Part shown: positions 50,463 through 62,000 of the stretch, piece by piece
Numbering within the stretch: the first letter of the stretch is position 1
How the letters are laid out: each line of letters opens with the position of its first letter
Virus record (IMG/VR): IMGVR_UViG_3300049982_000337
Span: 1-64,000 of that record
From: a virus
Taxonomy: Duplodnaviria; Caudoviricetes
Length of the DNA: 64,000 nucleotides
Reading direction: 5' to 3' (one strand)
Program-made: the position numbers and the translations under genes
The notes under the pieces: model-generated
What the model was told of the DNA's origin: nothing
Seen by the model: the letters and a program-made list of their open reading frames with translations, nothing else
Databases searched by the model: none

Positions 50463-53400
50463 ATGAGCACCGAAGTCGAACTCGCCTCCCTCGGCGTCAA
50501 AGTCGATGCGACCGCCGTAGATCCCGGCATCCAGAAGCTCCACAGCCTCGCGGATGCCGGCGGCGTGGCCGAAGCCGCGACCCTGAAGCTCACCTCCGCG
50601 ACGGAGTTGCTGGCTGCGGAGACACGCAGGGCGTCCGGGGTCACCGCGGCCTCGGTCGACGCCCATGGCGCGGCCGCGGCGGCGGTGCAGGGTGAGGTCC
50701 AGGCGATCCTTGCGGCGGATGCCTCCCAGCGCAAGGCGCTGGCCTCCGCCGGCGGCTATTCCAGCGCGATGCGGGACATGGCCGACGCAGTTCGGCAGGC
50801 CGATCAGGTCGAGCGCGCCGCCTACCAGGCGACAAAGCAGCTCGACGTCGCCAACCTTCAGGCCGTGAAGTCGACGGCGGCGCTCGGCGTGGCCTATCGG
50901 CAACTCGACGACCACGTCATGACCTACCACGTCAACGCCATGAAGGCGGGGGCTGCGGCCCAGTTCCTCGGCGCCGGGCATGTTGCGGCCGGCAAGGGGG
51001 CCAGACTTCAGGCCGCCGAGGTTCTGAACCTCACCCGCCAGCTGGCCGATGTCGGCGTCACCGCGGCGATGGGCATGAACCCGCTGATGATCGCCATCCA
51101 GCAGGGCCCGCAGATCGCCGACATCTTCCAGACGGCCGCGGCGCGAGGCGTGAAGGCGTCCAGCGTCTTCGGCGAGCTGGGCTCCATCGTCGGCAATGTT
51201 CTGGGCAAGGCCGGGCCGTTCGCCGTCGGCGCCGCAGTTGTCGGCACGCTCGGCGCCGCCTTCCTGGCTGGCGAGAAGGACGCAAACCGTTTCGCCAATG
51301 CCATCGCCATCACCGGCGGCGCGGCCGGGATCACCGGGTCCCAGTACGAGGCGATGGTCCGCCGCATCGAGGGGAGCACGGACGCGGGTTACGGCAAGGC
51401 CCGCGAGGCGATCCTGACCCTGGTCGATAGCGGCAGGGTGTCCGGCATTGCGCTGGAGAACTTCGCGTCCAGCGCCGTGACGCTGTCGCAGTTCACGGGC
51501 AAGGCCGCCAGCGACTTCGCGAAGGACTTCGCAGGGATGGGTGACGACGTCACCGCCTTCGCCATCAAGTTCAACAGCCAATACCATTTGCTCACCGGCG
51601 CCCAGATCGAACACATCCGCCTTCTCCAGGAGCAGGGCCGTGTGACCGAGGCGATGACCGCGCTATCGATCAGCATGCACGAGCGCCTGGGCGAGGTCGG
51701 CCCGGAGAACCTTGGCCACCTGGAACGTGGCTGGCGGTCGGTCGAGCACGCCATCTCGGCGGCCTGGGAGGCCCTGAAGGGCTTCGGCAACGAAACCGCC
51801 GGCCGGGATCGCGAGATCGCGCGTCTGGAAGCCGGCATCCAGAACATGAGCACGCCGTACAATCGGGAGCTGCCGAACCACGACAAGATCGTGGCCAACA
51901 TGCAGGCCGAGCTCGACGCGCTGAAGAAGGTGCGCGACGCCCAAGGCGCCGCCGCCACGGGCGAACAGGCGGTGACCGACGCTGTCCAGCGCCACGCGAC
52001 GACCTATGCGACGCTCGGGGACAACATCAATCGGGCAGCGGCCGAGCAGAAGAAATATCTCGCCGATCAAAAGGCGATTGCCGACGCCGCCAAGAAGGAT
52101 CCGGCCCTCGCATCGGCGGTGGACAGCGCCGCCCGTCAGAAGGTGGTCCTCGAGGCGATCGAGAAGAAGTATGCCCCGGCTGCGGCCGCTGCATCGAATA
52201 AGGCCGAGACCGCAGCTGAGAGCGCCGCCAAGGCTGCGGCGCGTCATGCTGAGCAGCTTGCGCGCGAGGCGAGCGCCATGGACGCCACGACCGCCGGGGC
52301 GCTGGCCACTGCTCGCGCCTACGGTGTCAGCGACGCGGCCGCCCTGCGTTCTATCGCGACCGCCGACGCCACAGCCAAAGCGATCACCAAGCGCGGCGAT
52401 GTTGAAGCCTTCGTCCAGCGCCAGCTCGACCTCAACGCCGCCAAGGCCGCCGAGAACGCCGCCAAGACCGTTGCTGGCGTCGAGGCGCAAATCGCAGCGC
52501 GGACGAAGGCGAATGCCTCCGTCGCATCGGGAAGCGCCACAAGCGCCGAAGCGAACGAGCGCCTGAGGCTAGAGGCGGAACTGCGCCCGCTAATCGCCCA
52601 GGCCGATGCGGCAAGCGGTGAGGCAAAGAGGATCCTGACAGAACAGATCATCCGGCTCGCCTTCGCGCGTAAGGCGGACAACGCCGAGGCGAAGACCGAA
52701 CTCCTCCTGGCTCAGCGAGCATCACAGTCCGATCAGCTCGCTTACATGGAAAAGGAACTCAGCCTGATCGGCGCTACCAACCGTGAGCGCGCAGTTGAAC
52801 TGGCCATGTTCGCCAAGCGCCAGGAGATCCAACGCACCGGCATCGGAACTGAGGTCGACGTCGCGAAGGCCGGCGAGGTTGCAGGTAAGGACTTCGACGT
52901 CCGCCGATCCACGGACAATCTCAATGCCAGCCTGAGCTACACCCTCGAACTGCTCGATCAGGTCGACGCCCATGCGCGCGATGCTGCGGGCGGCCTGGCC
53001 AGCGCCTTTGACGGCGCGGGCGCCGGTATCGAGCGGATGGTGCAGGCTATCGGCGGCCTGACGACGGTCATGACCAGCCTGGCGGCCCAGGAGGAGGCCA
53101 TCCGCGTTCGCCGCGATGCCGACCAGAAGAACCAGATCAAGGGCTCGGCCGCTTGGCAGCACGCCGAGATCCTGGCCAGCCGCGAGACCACCAAGGCCCG
53201 GGTGGGCGCCTATGGCTCGATGGCCGGCGCTGCGCGGGACTTCTTCAAGGAAGGCTCGAACGGCTACGAACTTCTCGCCGGTGCCGAGAAAGCCTTCCGC
53301 ATCATCGAGTTCGGGCTGGCTCTTCAGTCGATTGCCATGAAGGGCGCTGAGGCGACGGCCGCAGTAGCCGCAGAGACCACCATCACCGGCGCCACTGTGG

Positions 53401-55661
53401 CCGGGACCGCGATCCGCACGCCGCTCAAGGCCGCCGAGGGCATCGCCGGCATCTTCGCCGCACTGGGCCCGTTCGGCTTCCCGGTTGCGGCCGCAGCGAC
53501 CGCGGTCATGGTCGCCGCCGGCGTGAAGGCATTTGGCGGCGGCGGCGGAACGCCTGGCGTCACGGACATGGAAGACCGCCAGAAGGCGCAGGGCGCCGGC
53601 TCGGTGCTGGGCGACGCCTCGGCGAAATCCGACAGCCTGGCGAGGGCCATGGAGGCTGTGGCCTCGAACACCAATCGCGACCTCGAATATTCCAACTCCA
53701 TGCTGAAGAGCCTGCGCGCCATCGAGGGTGGCATCGGCGCAGTGGCCGCGGCCCTGGCCCGAACGCTCGGCGCCAGTGGCGCGCTCAGCACCGATGGTCT
53801 CGACCTCGGCAAGACCACGGAAGGCCCGGGCATCGCGGCGCGGATCCTGGCGCCGATCTCCAACCTGCTGCCGGGCCTGTTCGGCGGCTCCAAGACCCGG
53901 ACCCTCCAGGACCAGGGCCTGCAGTTCGGCTCCCAGAGCCTGTCCGACATCCTCGGCGGCGGCATCGACGGCCAGACCTACCAGCAGGTGCTTGAGCAGA
54001 CGAAAAAGAAGGCCTTCGGCGTCACCTATTCGAACAAGACCAAGTCGCTCACCGAAACCGGCGATATCGACGCGGACCTGTCCGGCCAGATCACGCAGCT
54101 GATCGGCTCGCTGAAGACCGGCGTGCTGTCAGCCGCCGAGGTCCTGGGCGTGACCGGCGCCGAAGCGGTGCTCGACAGCTTCCAGGTCAACCTCGGCAAG
54201 CTGTCGTTCAAGGACATGTCCGGTGAGGAAATCACCGCCGCGCTGAACGCCATCTTCGGCAAGCTGGGCGACGATCTGGCCTCCGCGGCCGTGCCGGTGC
54301 TCACCGAACTGCAGAAGGTGGGGGAGGGCGCGTTCGAGACCCTGGCCCGGGTCGCGCGGAACTATCAGGTGCTGGACGTTACCCTGTCCTCGATCGGCAT
54401 GGTGTTCGACGGCGTAGGGGTTTCGTCCCTGACCGCGCGCGAACGGCTGATCGACCTGGCCGGCGGCATCGACGCCCTGGTGGAGCAAACCCAGTTCTTC
54501 GGCGAGACCTTCCTGACCGAAGCCGAGCGCCTGGCTCCGATCCAGGCGGCAGTGACGAAGGAGATGGCGCGCCTTGGCCTGGCGGGCGTCGACACGCGGG
54601 ACGAGTTCAAGCGCCTGGTCCTAAGCCTCGATGTCTCCACGGCGGCCGGCGCCGATCTCTATGCCGCGCTGATGGCCGTGGCCCCTGCCTTCGCCAAGGT
54701 GACCGAGGAGAGCGATGCCGCGGCCCAGACACTGGCGGACGCGGGGGACGCCCTCAGTGCTGCGCTTGAGCGCCAGGCGAGCGCAGCGGAAACTGCACGC
54801 GACAAGTTCCAGGGCTTGGCCGACACCCTGAAGAAGTTCAACGAGGGCCTCTATTCCGGCCCGGCGGCGAAGCTGTCGCCCGAGGAGCAGTATCTCGCCT
54901 CGAAGGATCTGTTCGAGAAGACCTATGCGGCGGCCCAACGGCACGACGAGAAGGCCATCGCCGAACTGCCGTCGATCATGCAGTCGTTCCTGGACGCGTC
55001 GGAGGACTACAACGCCTCGTCGGTCGGCTACTTCGACGACCTCGACGCGGTCAAACAGGCGACCGCCGCCACCCAGGGCTATGCCCAGACCCAGGCCAAT
55101 ATTGCCGACCAGCAGCTCAGCGAAACCCGCCGGCAGTCCGATGCGATCTTCGGCGTCAAGAGCGCGGTCGAGAGCGTTGAGCAGCTCCTGGCCGCCTATC
55201 TCGCGGCGGGAGGCACGATGGGCGGGGCGGCTGGCGGGGCGACCGGCGGGGCAGGGACGCCTTCGCGGGCATTCGACGGCTCCGACTACCTCGACGCCAA
55301 TGCCGACATCGCCGCGGCCTTCCAGAAGTACCTCGCCGGCGATCCGGCCTTCATGGCGCAGTCGGGCTACGCCTCGGGGATGGACGCCGACCAGTTCGGC
55401 CAGAAGCACTGGGACAACGGCGGCAAGAACGAGAACCGCCCGACCTTCGTCATGACCCCGGCGCCGGCTGCGACCATGGCCGCGCCCGTCAGCAACGACA
55501 ACACCAGGGTGGAAGCAAAGCTCGACGCCGTCGTCAGGGAAATGCAAGCGCTCGTTCGCCAGGGCGGCGCGGCGTCGCCTGCCATGATCCAGCAGCTTGA
55601 GCGGCTCCGCGAGGACGTAGCCGCCAATAGCCGCGCCCTGCACACCTTTGCGTCGAATTAG
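50463..55661 (+). CDS. Tape measure protein
   Basis: 1732 aa, Ala-rich; QLADVGVT..MG.NPLMIAIQQGPQIAD lambda-type N motif. Confidence 0.93.
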   Translation: MSTEVELASLGVKVDATAVDPGIQKLHSLADAGGVAEAATLKLTSATELLAAETRRASGVTAASVDAHGAAAAAVQGEVQAILAADASQRKALASAGGYSSAMRDMADAVRQADQVERAAYQATKQLDVANLQAVKSTAALGVAYRQLDDHVMTYHVNAMKAGAAAQFLGAGHVAAGKGARLQAAEVLNLTRQLADVGVTAAMGMNPLMIAIQQGPQIADIFQTAAARGVKASSVFGELGSIVGNVLGKAGPFAVGAAVVGTLGAAFLAGEKDANRFANAIAITGGAAGITGSQYEAMVRRIEGSTDAGYGKAREAILTLVDSGRVSGIALENFASSAVTLSQFTGKAASDFAKDFAGMGDDVTAFAIKFNSQYHLLTGAQIEHIRLLQEQGRVTEAMTALSISMHERLGEVGPENLGHLERGWRSVEHAISAAWEALKGFGNETAGRDREIARLEAGIQNMSTPYNRELPNHDKIVANMQAELDALKKVRDAQGAAATGEQAVTDAVQRHATTYATLGDNINRAAAEQKKYLADQKAIADAAKKDPALASAVDSAARQKVVLEAIEKKYAPAAAAASNKAETAAESAAKAAARHAEQLAREASAMDATTAGALATARAYGVSDAAALRSIATADATAKAITKRGDVEAFVQRQLDLNAAKAAENAAKTVAGVEAQIAARTKANASVASGSATSAEANERLRLEAELRPLIAQADAASGEAKRILTEQIIRLAFARKADNAEAKTELLLAQRASQSDQLAYMEKELSLIGATNRERAVELAMFAKRQEIQRTGIGTEVDVAKAGEVAGKDFDVRRSTDNLNASLSYTLELLDQVDAHARDAAGGLASAFDGAGAGIERMVQAIGGLTTVMTSLAAQEEAIRVRRDADQKNQIKGSAAWQHAEILASRETTKARVGAYGSMAGAARDFFKEGSNGYELLAGAEKAFRIIEFGLALQSIAMKGAEATAAVAAETTITGATVAGTAIRTPLKAAEGIAGIFAALGPFGFPVAAAATAVMVAAGVKAFGGGGGTPGVTDMEDRQKAQGAGSVLGDASAKSDSLARAMEAVASNTNRDLEYSNSMLKSLRAIEGGIGAVAAALARTLGASGALSTDGLDLGKTTEGPGIAARILAPISNLLPGLFGGSKTRTLQDQGLQFGSQSLSDILGGGIDGQTYQQVLEQTKKKAFGVTYSNKTKSLTETGDIDADLSGQITQLIGSLKTGVLSAAEVLGVTGAEAVLDSFQVNLGKLSFKDMSGEEITAALNAIFGKLGDDLASAAVPVLTELQKVGEGAFETLARVARNYQVLDVTLSSIGMVFDGVGVSSLTARERLIDLAGGIDALVEQTQFFGETFLTEAERLAPIQAAVTKEMARLGLAGVDTRDEFKRLVLSLDVSTAAGADLYAALMAVAPAFAKVTEESDAAAQTLADAGDALSAALERQASAAETARDKFQGLADTLKKFNEGLYSGPAAKLSPEEQYLASKDLFEKTYAAAQRHDEKAIAELPSIMQSFLDASEDYNASSVGYFDDLDAVKQATAATQGYAQTQANIADQQLSETRRQSDAIFGVKSAVESVEQLLAAYLAAGGTMGGAAGGATGGAGTPSRAFDGSDYLDANADIAAAFQKYLAGDPAFMAQSGYASGMDADQFGQKHWDNGGKNENRPTFVMTPAPAATMAAPVSNDNTRVEAKLDAVVREMQALVRQGGAASPAMIQQLERLREDVAANSRALHTFASN

Positions 55662-55664
55662 GCC

Positions 55665-57185
55665 ATGATCCTCATCGAGGTGACGGCGGCGGTCGATGCT
55701 GCCGGCGCGCTGCAAACCCTCTATCTCAGCGACGCCGACTTCATCACCGAGCCGTCGGACACGCCCGCCAACACCGCCTTCCTTTCCCGGCTGAAGAACT
55801 CCGGGACGATCGGTCTGCACGTCTATTCCGATGGTAAGACGGGCGGGGCTTCCAAGCTCGAAACCGGGACGATCACGGTCGCGAACATCGACGGCGAGTT
55901 CGACCACTGGAAGGACTTCAGCTTCGACGGTCGCCCGCTGGTGATCCGGTCGGGAACCGGCGGCGCCTATCCCTCAGCCTTCGGGGTCGTCTTCACCGGC
56001 ACCGTCGAAAGCGTCGAGGTGACCTGGGACCTGCTGATCATTCGGCTGCGCGACAAGCAGTTCATCTTCGACAGGCCGGTGGCCGCCACGCGCTATGCAG
56101 GGACCAACGTCGGCCCGCTCGGTCTTGAAGGCACCTCAGCCGATCTGAAGGACAAGCCGAAGCCGTGGACGCGCGGCGCGCCGCCGAACATCCCGGCACC
56201 TTGCGTCAACACATCGAAGCTCGCCTATCAGGTCAACAACGGAGTGGTGACGAGCATCGTGGTCTTTGATCGCGGGCTCGAGCTCGTCGCGGGGACGGAC
56301 CACGCCGACAGCGCCGCGCTCGTGGCGGCGACCGTAACTGCGGGCGAGTACGACACCTGCCTTGCCGAGGGCTACTTCCGCCTCGGGTCAGCCCCCTCCG
56401 GCCAGGTCACCGCCGATGTCGTGCAAGGCGCCACCGAGGTGGACCGCACCGTCGCCCAAACCCTGCAAGCCCTGGCGCTCGCCGCGGGCCTGACGCCTGC
56501 CGAGATCAGCGCCGAGGACGTGGCCGCGCTCGACGCCCTGAACCCCGCGGTCATCGGGCTCTACGTCGCCGACGACGAGACCTTCCGCAGCGCCATGGAC
56601 CGGGTGGCGGCCAGCATCGGCGCCTACTTCATCTTCGACCCGCTCGGTGTTCTGCGCATGGGCGTGCTCACGGCGCCGGAAGGTTCGCCGCTGCTGACGC
56701 TCTACGACTACGACATCGGGGACGACGTCCAGATCAAGCCTGCCCGCGACAAGAACATCCCGGTGTGGTCGGTGACGGTCCGGCATACGAAGCTGGGCTT
56801 GGTGCAGGCCACTGACCTGGCTGGATCGGTGGACGCCGAGCGTCGAGCCTATCTCGCCCAGGAATATCGCTCGGCCAAGTACGAAGACGCGGCGATCAAG
56901 GACCAATATCTGCTGGCGACCGAGATGCAGGTCGACACCCTGCTGACGGGCGAAGACGCCGCTGATGCCGAGGCCGAGCGCCGGTTCCGACTGCACAGCG
57001 TCGGGCGCCTCCGGTTCGACGTCTCGGCTCCCATCGACCTGCTGACCGCGAACGGCGTGTGGCTGGCCCGGGTGATCGCCCTCGATCTCAATCGCTTTGG
57101 CCTCGCGGGCGGCAGGTCGTTCCGGGTGCTCGACATCGCGCTCGACCTTTCGAAGCAACGCGCATTCCTGAACATCTGGGGCTGA
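55665..57185 (+). CDS. Tail tip / hub protein
   Basis: Follows tape measure; YAGTN....GLEG...DLKDKPKP. Confidence 0.7.
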   Translation: MILIEVTAAVDAAGALQTLYLSDADFITEPSDTPANTAFLSRLKNSGTIGLHVYSDGKTGGASKLETGTITVANIDGEFDHWKDFSFDGRPLVIRSGTGGAYPSAFGVVFTGTVESVEVTWDLLIIRLRDKQFIFDRPVAATRYAGTNVGPLGLEGTSADLKDKPKPWTRGAPPNIPAPCVNTSKLAYQVNNGVVTSIVVFDRGLELVAGTDHADSAALVAATVTAGEYDTCLAEGYFRLGSAPSGQVTADVVQGATEVDRTVAQTLQALALAAGLTPAEISAEDVAALDALNPAVIGLYVADDETFRSAMDRVAASIGAYFIFDPLGVLRMGVLTAPEGSPLLTLYDYDIGDDVQIKPARDKNIPVWSVTVRHTKLGLVQATDLAGSVDAERRAYLAQEYRSAKYEDAAIKDQYLLATEMQVDTLLTGEDAADAEAERRFRLHSVGRLRFDVSAPIDLLTANGVWLARVIALDLNRFGLAGGRSFRVLDIALDLSKQRAFLNIWG

Positions 57186-57188
57186 TCC

Positions 57189-58049
57189 GTGGGCAACAGC
57201 ATTCTCTCCTACGGCAACCTGGCTGACATCGGCACGCTGACCGGCGGCGCCTGCTTTCCAACCCTGCCGCTGACCAACCTGCAGAACCGCACGCTCGGCC
57301 GGAAGGCGCGCTTCATCAACACCGACCCGGCGAACACTTGGCTCCAAGGGGACCTGATCAAGGATCGCCTGATCCGCGTGGTCTCGCTGATCGGCCATAA
57401 CTTCGGGCTTTCAGCGACTTATCGCGTCACCTTCAGCCGGTCGTCGGACTTCGCCGTGCTGGTCGGCGACAGCGGCTGGCGCGAAGCCTGGCCGCGCGAG
57501 TACTCGACCAAATCACTGGCCTGGGAATCGCCGAACGTCTGGTCTGGCAAGCCGCTGGACGAGGAGCGCCAGGGCGATACCTGGAAGGCGGCCTACATTC
57601 TGCCGACGCCGATCCGCGCCCGGTTCGTTCGGGTCGAGATCATCGATAACGGCGCGGGCAATGCCTACGTCCAGGCCGGGCGGCTGTTCATTGCGGGCGG
57701 CTGGCAGCCGATCCGCAACATCTCGCGGGACGGGTTCGCCATCGGTTGGGAAACCGGGACCCAGGCGCAAGAGACCCTGGCCGGCGGCATGGTGTTCGAC
57801 CGTAAGACGCCGCGCCGCGTGGTTCAGTTCGTCACCGCCAGCATGACCGACGACGAGGCCTTCGGGCAGGCGTTCGAGATCATGCGGCGGATGGGCACCG
57901 ATGGAGAGGTCTTCTGGATCTTCGATCCTGACGACACCCGCCACGCCCGGCGCCGCCAAATCTACGGTCACCTGCGCAAGCTCGACCGCATCGCCTACCC
58001 CTACATCGATGGTCACACCGTCCCCTGGGAAGTGGGCGAGCTGATCTAA
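57189..58049 (+). CDS. Tail tip protein (distal-tail-like)
   Basis: LTNLQNRTL...VSLIGHN...YVQAGRLF. Confidence 0.65.
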   Translation: MGNSILSYGNLADIGTLTGGACFPTLPLTNLQNRTLGRKARFINTDPANTWLQGDLIKDRLIRVVSLIGHNFGLSATYRVTFSRSSDFAVLVGDSGWREAWPREYSTKSLAWESPNVWSGKPLDEERQGDTWKAAYILPTPIRARFVRVEIIDNGAGNAYVQAGRLFIAGGWQPIRNISRDGFAIGWETGTQAQETLAGGMVFDRKTPRRVVQFVTASMTDDEAFGQAFEIMRRMGTDGEVFWIFDPDDTRHARRRQIYGHLRKLDRIAYPYIDGHTVPWEVGELI

Positions 58050-58105
58050 GCCCGGGCGCCCCGCCCGACCCCCGACATCGCTGAAGACGAGATGGAGCTG
58101 GCCCG

Positions 58106-59050
58106 ATGGTCAACGCTTTCTATGCCGATCCTGCCGTCGGCGGGAGCGGTGCGCACTATTCCGACGGTGACGACCCGCTCACCGGGATGGGTGATGACGG
58201 TCACGCCCTCCGCTTCATTCCGGCATGCGGCGAAGTCGTCGCCATCGGCGGGTTCATTCTCGGGAAGGCAGAGGAGGTTGCAGCGGCGGCCGCGAGCGCC
58301 CTGGGCGCGCCCGGCACGAACTCCACCAGCATTACCTCCTTGGCCATCGGGACGGGCGACAAGACCTTTGTCACCCAGACCAACAAGCTCTGGTCGACCT
58401 CGCAGACCATGGTGGCTGGCTCGGCGGCGAACGCGGCCAACTACATGGTCGGCCTCTGCAAGTCCTACGACCCAGCGACAGGCATCCTGGTCATCACCGT
58501 GGCGACGGTGGGCGGATCAGGGACGTTCGCTGACTGGAAGATCAGCCTCACGGCGACCGGCGGTGTTCCAATCACGCGGAGCATTACGGGCGGCGGCCTG
58601 GTGACCGGCGGCGGAGACTTCGCGGCCAACCGGGTCCTGACCGTCACCCCGGCGACAGCGAGCAATGTTCGCGCCGGCACATCTAACGCCGTCGCCGTCA
58701 CGCCCTTGGGCATCATCGACGGGGCCAGGCCCCTGGTCCTACCCGACAATGGCGTGACCTGGACCTGGGACATGGCGATCCAGCCGGCCGCCGAAGGCAC
58801 GCTCACGGGCGGCAATCGGGCCTTGGCGACACCAACCGGGATGAAGAAGGGGCAGGTCTATCCGCTGGCCGTGACCCAGGGGGATTCCGGTGGCCGGCAA
58901 CTAACCCTGCCTGGCGCGGTGAGCGTCGGCCGCGCCGGGACGCCGAGTTGGAGCGTCGGCGCCGGCAAGATCGACTGCCTCTACCTCCACTGCCTCGACG
59001 ACACCGCAGGCGCACCCAAGTTCCGCCTCGGCTTCAACGGTGACGAATAG
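58106..59050 (+). CDS. Tail fibre proximal protein
   Basis: G/T/S-rich; C-terminal LTGGNRALATPT..K.GQ.Y.LAVTQG..GGRQLT motif. Confidence 0.65.
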   Translation: MVNAFYADPAVGGSGAHYSDGDDPLTGMGDDGHALRFIPACGEVVAIGGFILGKAEEVAAAAASALGAPGTNSTSITSLAIGTGDKTFVTQTNKLWSTSQTMVAGSAANAANYMVGLCKSYDPATGILVITVATVGGSGTFADWKISLTATGGVPITRSITGGGLVTGGGDFAANRVLTVTPATASNVRAGTSNAVAVTPLGIIDGARPLVLPDNGVTWTWDMAIQPAAEGTLTGGNRALATPTGMKKGQVYPLAVTQGDSGGRQLTLPGAVSVGRAGTPSWSVGAGKIDCLYLHCLDDTAGAPKFRLGFNGDE

Positions 59051-62000
59051 ATGTTCGGCGCCATGGGGATGCTCGTCGGCGGCGGGGCGCCGAAGATCCA
59101 GTATACCGCGTCCGGCGTGATCGCGCCGAGCGTCGGCAACACCAGCCTGACCCTGCCCGACGGCGTGCGAGTGGACGATGTCCTGATTGCGTTTAACCCC
59201 TTCGACGATCGCAGCACCACGCCCGAGATCGCGATGATCCAGAAGGGATGGATGACGCTCGGTCGCTTCAACTGGATGTACGATTCCAGCCTCGTGATGT
59301 GGCGGGCAGTGAAGGACCCGCTGGAACGGCCAAGTTTCCGGCTTTCCCAGTACGGCTGGACCTGGGTGATCTATCGCAACGCTCTGTCGGTGATCGACGT
59401 CGTCAATGCCTACCAGTCCCCGATGGGGGCGGACTTCATCGACATCGCATGGCCGGCGAAGGGGCAGGGTGTCCGCGGCCTAGTGGCGCTCATGGCCGAC
59501 CGTGACCCCGAAGCCGCGTTGGTCGACAACGCGGCGTACAAAGTGCGCCATCGCTCATCCACGGGGGCGTTCGCAACGACGATCGCTGATCGGCTCGAAG
59601 TCCCGGCCGGCGAGCACACCGACCGCTTCGCCACCTTCTTCGCCTATTATGGACAGGCGGCCCGTGGACTTGAGCTGCGCGGTCGCAGTGCTGTGCCCTA
59701 CGACGTCACCACGCCTCCGGCGATGGACTTCTACTCGACTGCCGCCGGCTACCAGGCGCTCGCCAGTACGGAGACTGGCCTCGGTAACGGGGCGCCCTGG
59801 AGGGCTTTCGACGGCAGCACAGGTACCTGGATGACTGCGACCGATGTCGCGTGGCTCCAGATCAGGTTCCCGACCGAGCGCAAGGTCCTCACCTACAAGA
59901 TCAAAGTCCAGGCCGCGAACTTCGGGCCCACGACCTTCTCCTTGCAGGGGTCTGTGGACGGTCGGAACTTCACCACGCTCGACGTTCAAATCTCGGAGCC
60001 GACCTGGACCGCGCACGAAGAGCGCGAATACACGATCGCGGTCCCGGCGCCGTTTTTCTACCTGCGCCTCGATGTCACCGACAACTCAGCGTTTCCCGTC
60101 GCCGGGTCCGAGATGGCTCTGCAGATCGAAGAGCTGTCCTTCACCTATGACGACGGGACCACGATCCCGTTCCCGGTGGATATCCAGCCCGCGGCGTTCA
60201 GCTTCACCGATGTCAGCGGCGCGGCGGTCTCGACCCCCTACACCTCCAACAGCATCACCGTTTCGGAGATCGAGGCGCCGTCACCGATCACCGTGTCCGG
60301 CGGCGAGTACAGCATCAACGGCGGCCCCTTCACCTCGGACGCCGGCACGGTCGTCAACCTGGACACCGTCCGGGCGCGCGGGACGTCATCGGCCAGCTTC
60401 GCTGAAGGCGTCGGCGTCACCGTCAGCATCGGCGGCATGTCGGACACCTTCACTATCACCACGGCTGCGGCCGAGGACGCGCCCGACGCTTTCAGCTTCA
60501 CGGACGTAACCGGCGCGGCGCTCTCCACCGACTACGAGAGCAACACGATCACCGTCGAGGGGATCACGACCTCGGTCGCGGTGACCATCACCGGCGGCGA
60601 GTATTCCAAGAACGGCGCTGCCTACACCTCGGCCGCCGGAACAGCCGCGAGCGGCGATACATTCAAGGTAAAAGGCATGTCCTCAGGTTCGTTCAGCACT
60701 GCGCTGAACATTGCGCTCACAATTGGCGGAGTCAGCGACACCTATTCCGTGACGACCGGAGCGTCTGACACCGCGCCGAGCGCCTTCACTTTCGTGGACA
60801 AGACCCTTGCTGCTCTCTCGACCTCCTATGAGAGCAACGAAATTACCGTGGCCGGCATCAACGCACCGGCAACCATGACGATCACGGGCGGCCAGTACCG
60901 CAAGAACGGCGGCGCCTGGGCCTCGACGTCCACTACCGTCGTCGCTGATGACGTGGTGCAGGTGCGGGGCACGTCCTCGGCTTCGAACGCCACAGATGTC
61001 GATGTTGTCCTGACCATCGGCGGTGTCTCCGACACCTATTCGATCACCACCATCTCCGCGAGCGTCGTGGCCAAGGACGCGCAGTCGGTCACGATCCGCG
61101 ACAGCGCGCCGCTGAACAGCGTCGACGGCAACGGCTGGGTTGCCGACGTCAACTTCAAAGGCATGGTGGTTGGCGGGACCGGCGACGTATCAGGCGCGAA
61201 GGCGCTGACGATCGAGGTCGACTCGCCTGGTTACGACGCGACGGGCGCTTCAACTACGGTTTCGCGCACGATCTACGGCACGATCCCTCTTCGCAAGCCG
61301 ACGCCTGATCACACTGAGCACGCCCAGGAGACGAGCGGCTCCGACGCCGTGATCAGTTTCGCGCTCGACTCACGCATCTACGGCTCGTGCTCGGTCACGT
61401 CGGCGAGCATCGGTGCAGGCGCCTACGTCCAGGGCGCCAATTCCTCCAACGCAGTCTCCGTCATCGCGACACTGCTCAACTCCAGCTCGCTTGGCTATCC
61501 GCTGGCCGTCTGCGCCTGGGCGCAGCCCCACCGGATGCGGGCGACGGGCTCCACCTTCCATGTCGAATATGCTGTCACCCATCCGTTTGGCATGAACCTG
61601 CGCATGGCGGCCTGTGTCGAGTTCCGCGTCGAGACCTTGGCCGGGGTCGATCAGGGCATCTCGGTCAAGGTCGACGAGATGACGGCGTCCACCTATCTGA
61701 CCGGCGGCAATCCGGTGCCGGTGTTCGCGGCCGACATCGACCTGACCGGCCTTTCACAAGGGGTCGAGTACAAGGTTCGCGCCAAAACATATCCGTGGAT
61801 CGGCAATGTGGTTCACGACACCGGCCTGCTCCCAGATCCGTTGACGGTGGCGACTCTCACCAGCCTCCACTTCCTCTGCGACAAAGCCGGAACCTATGGC
61901 AGTTCGGCGTGGGTGAAGGTGGGAGCTGTCGGCGGCATGGTCGGAAGCAACGCCACGCCCTACTCGACCATAGCCGCCGCAGCCGCCGCCCTCCGCGTGG

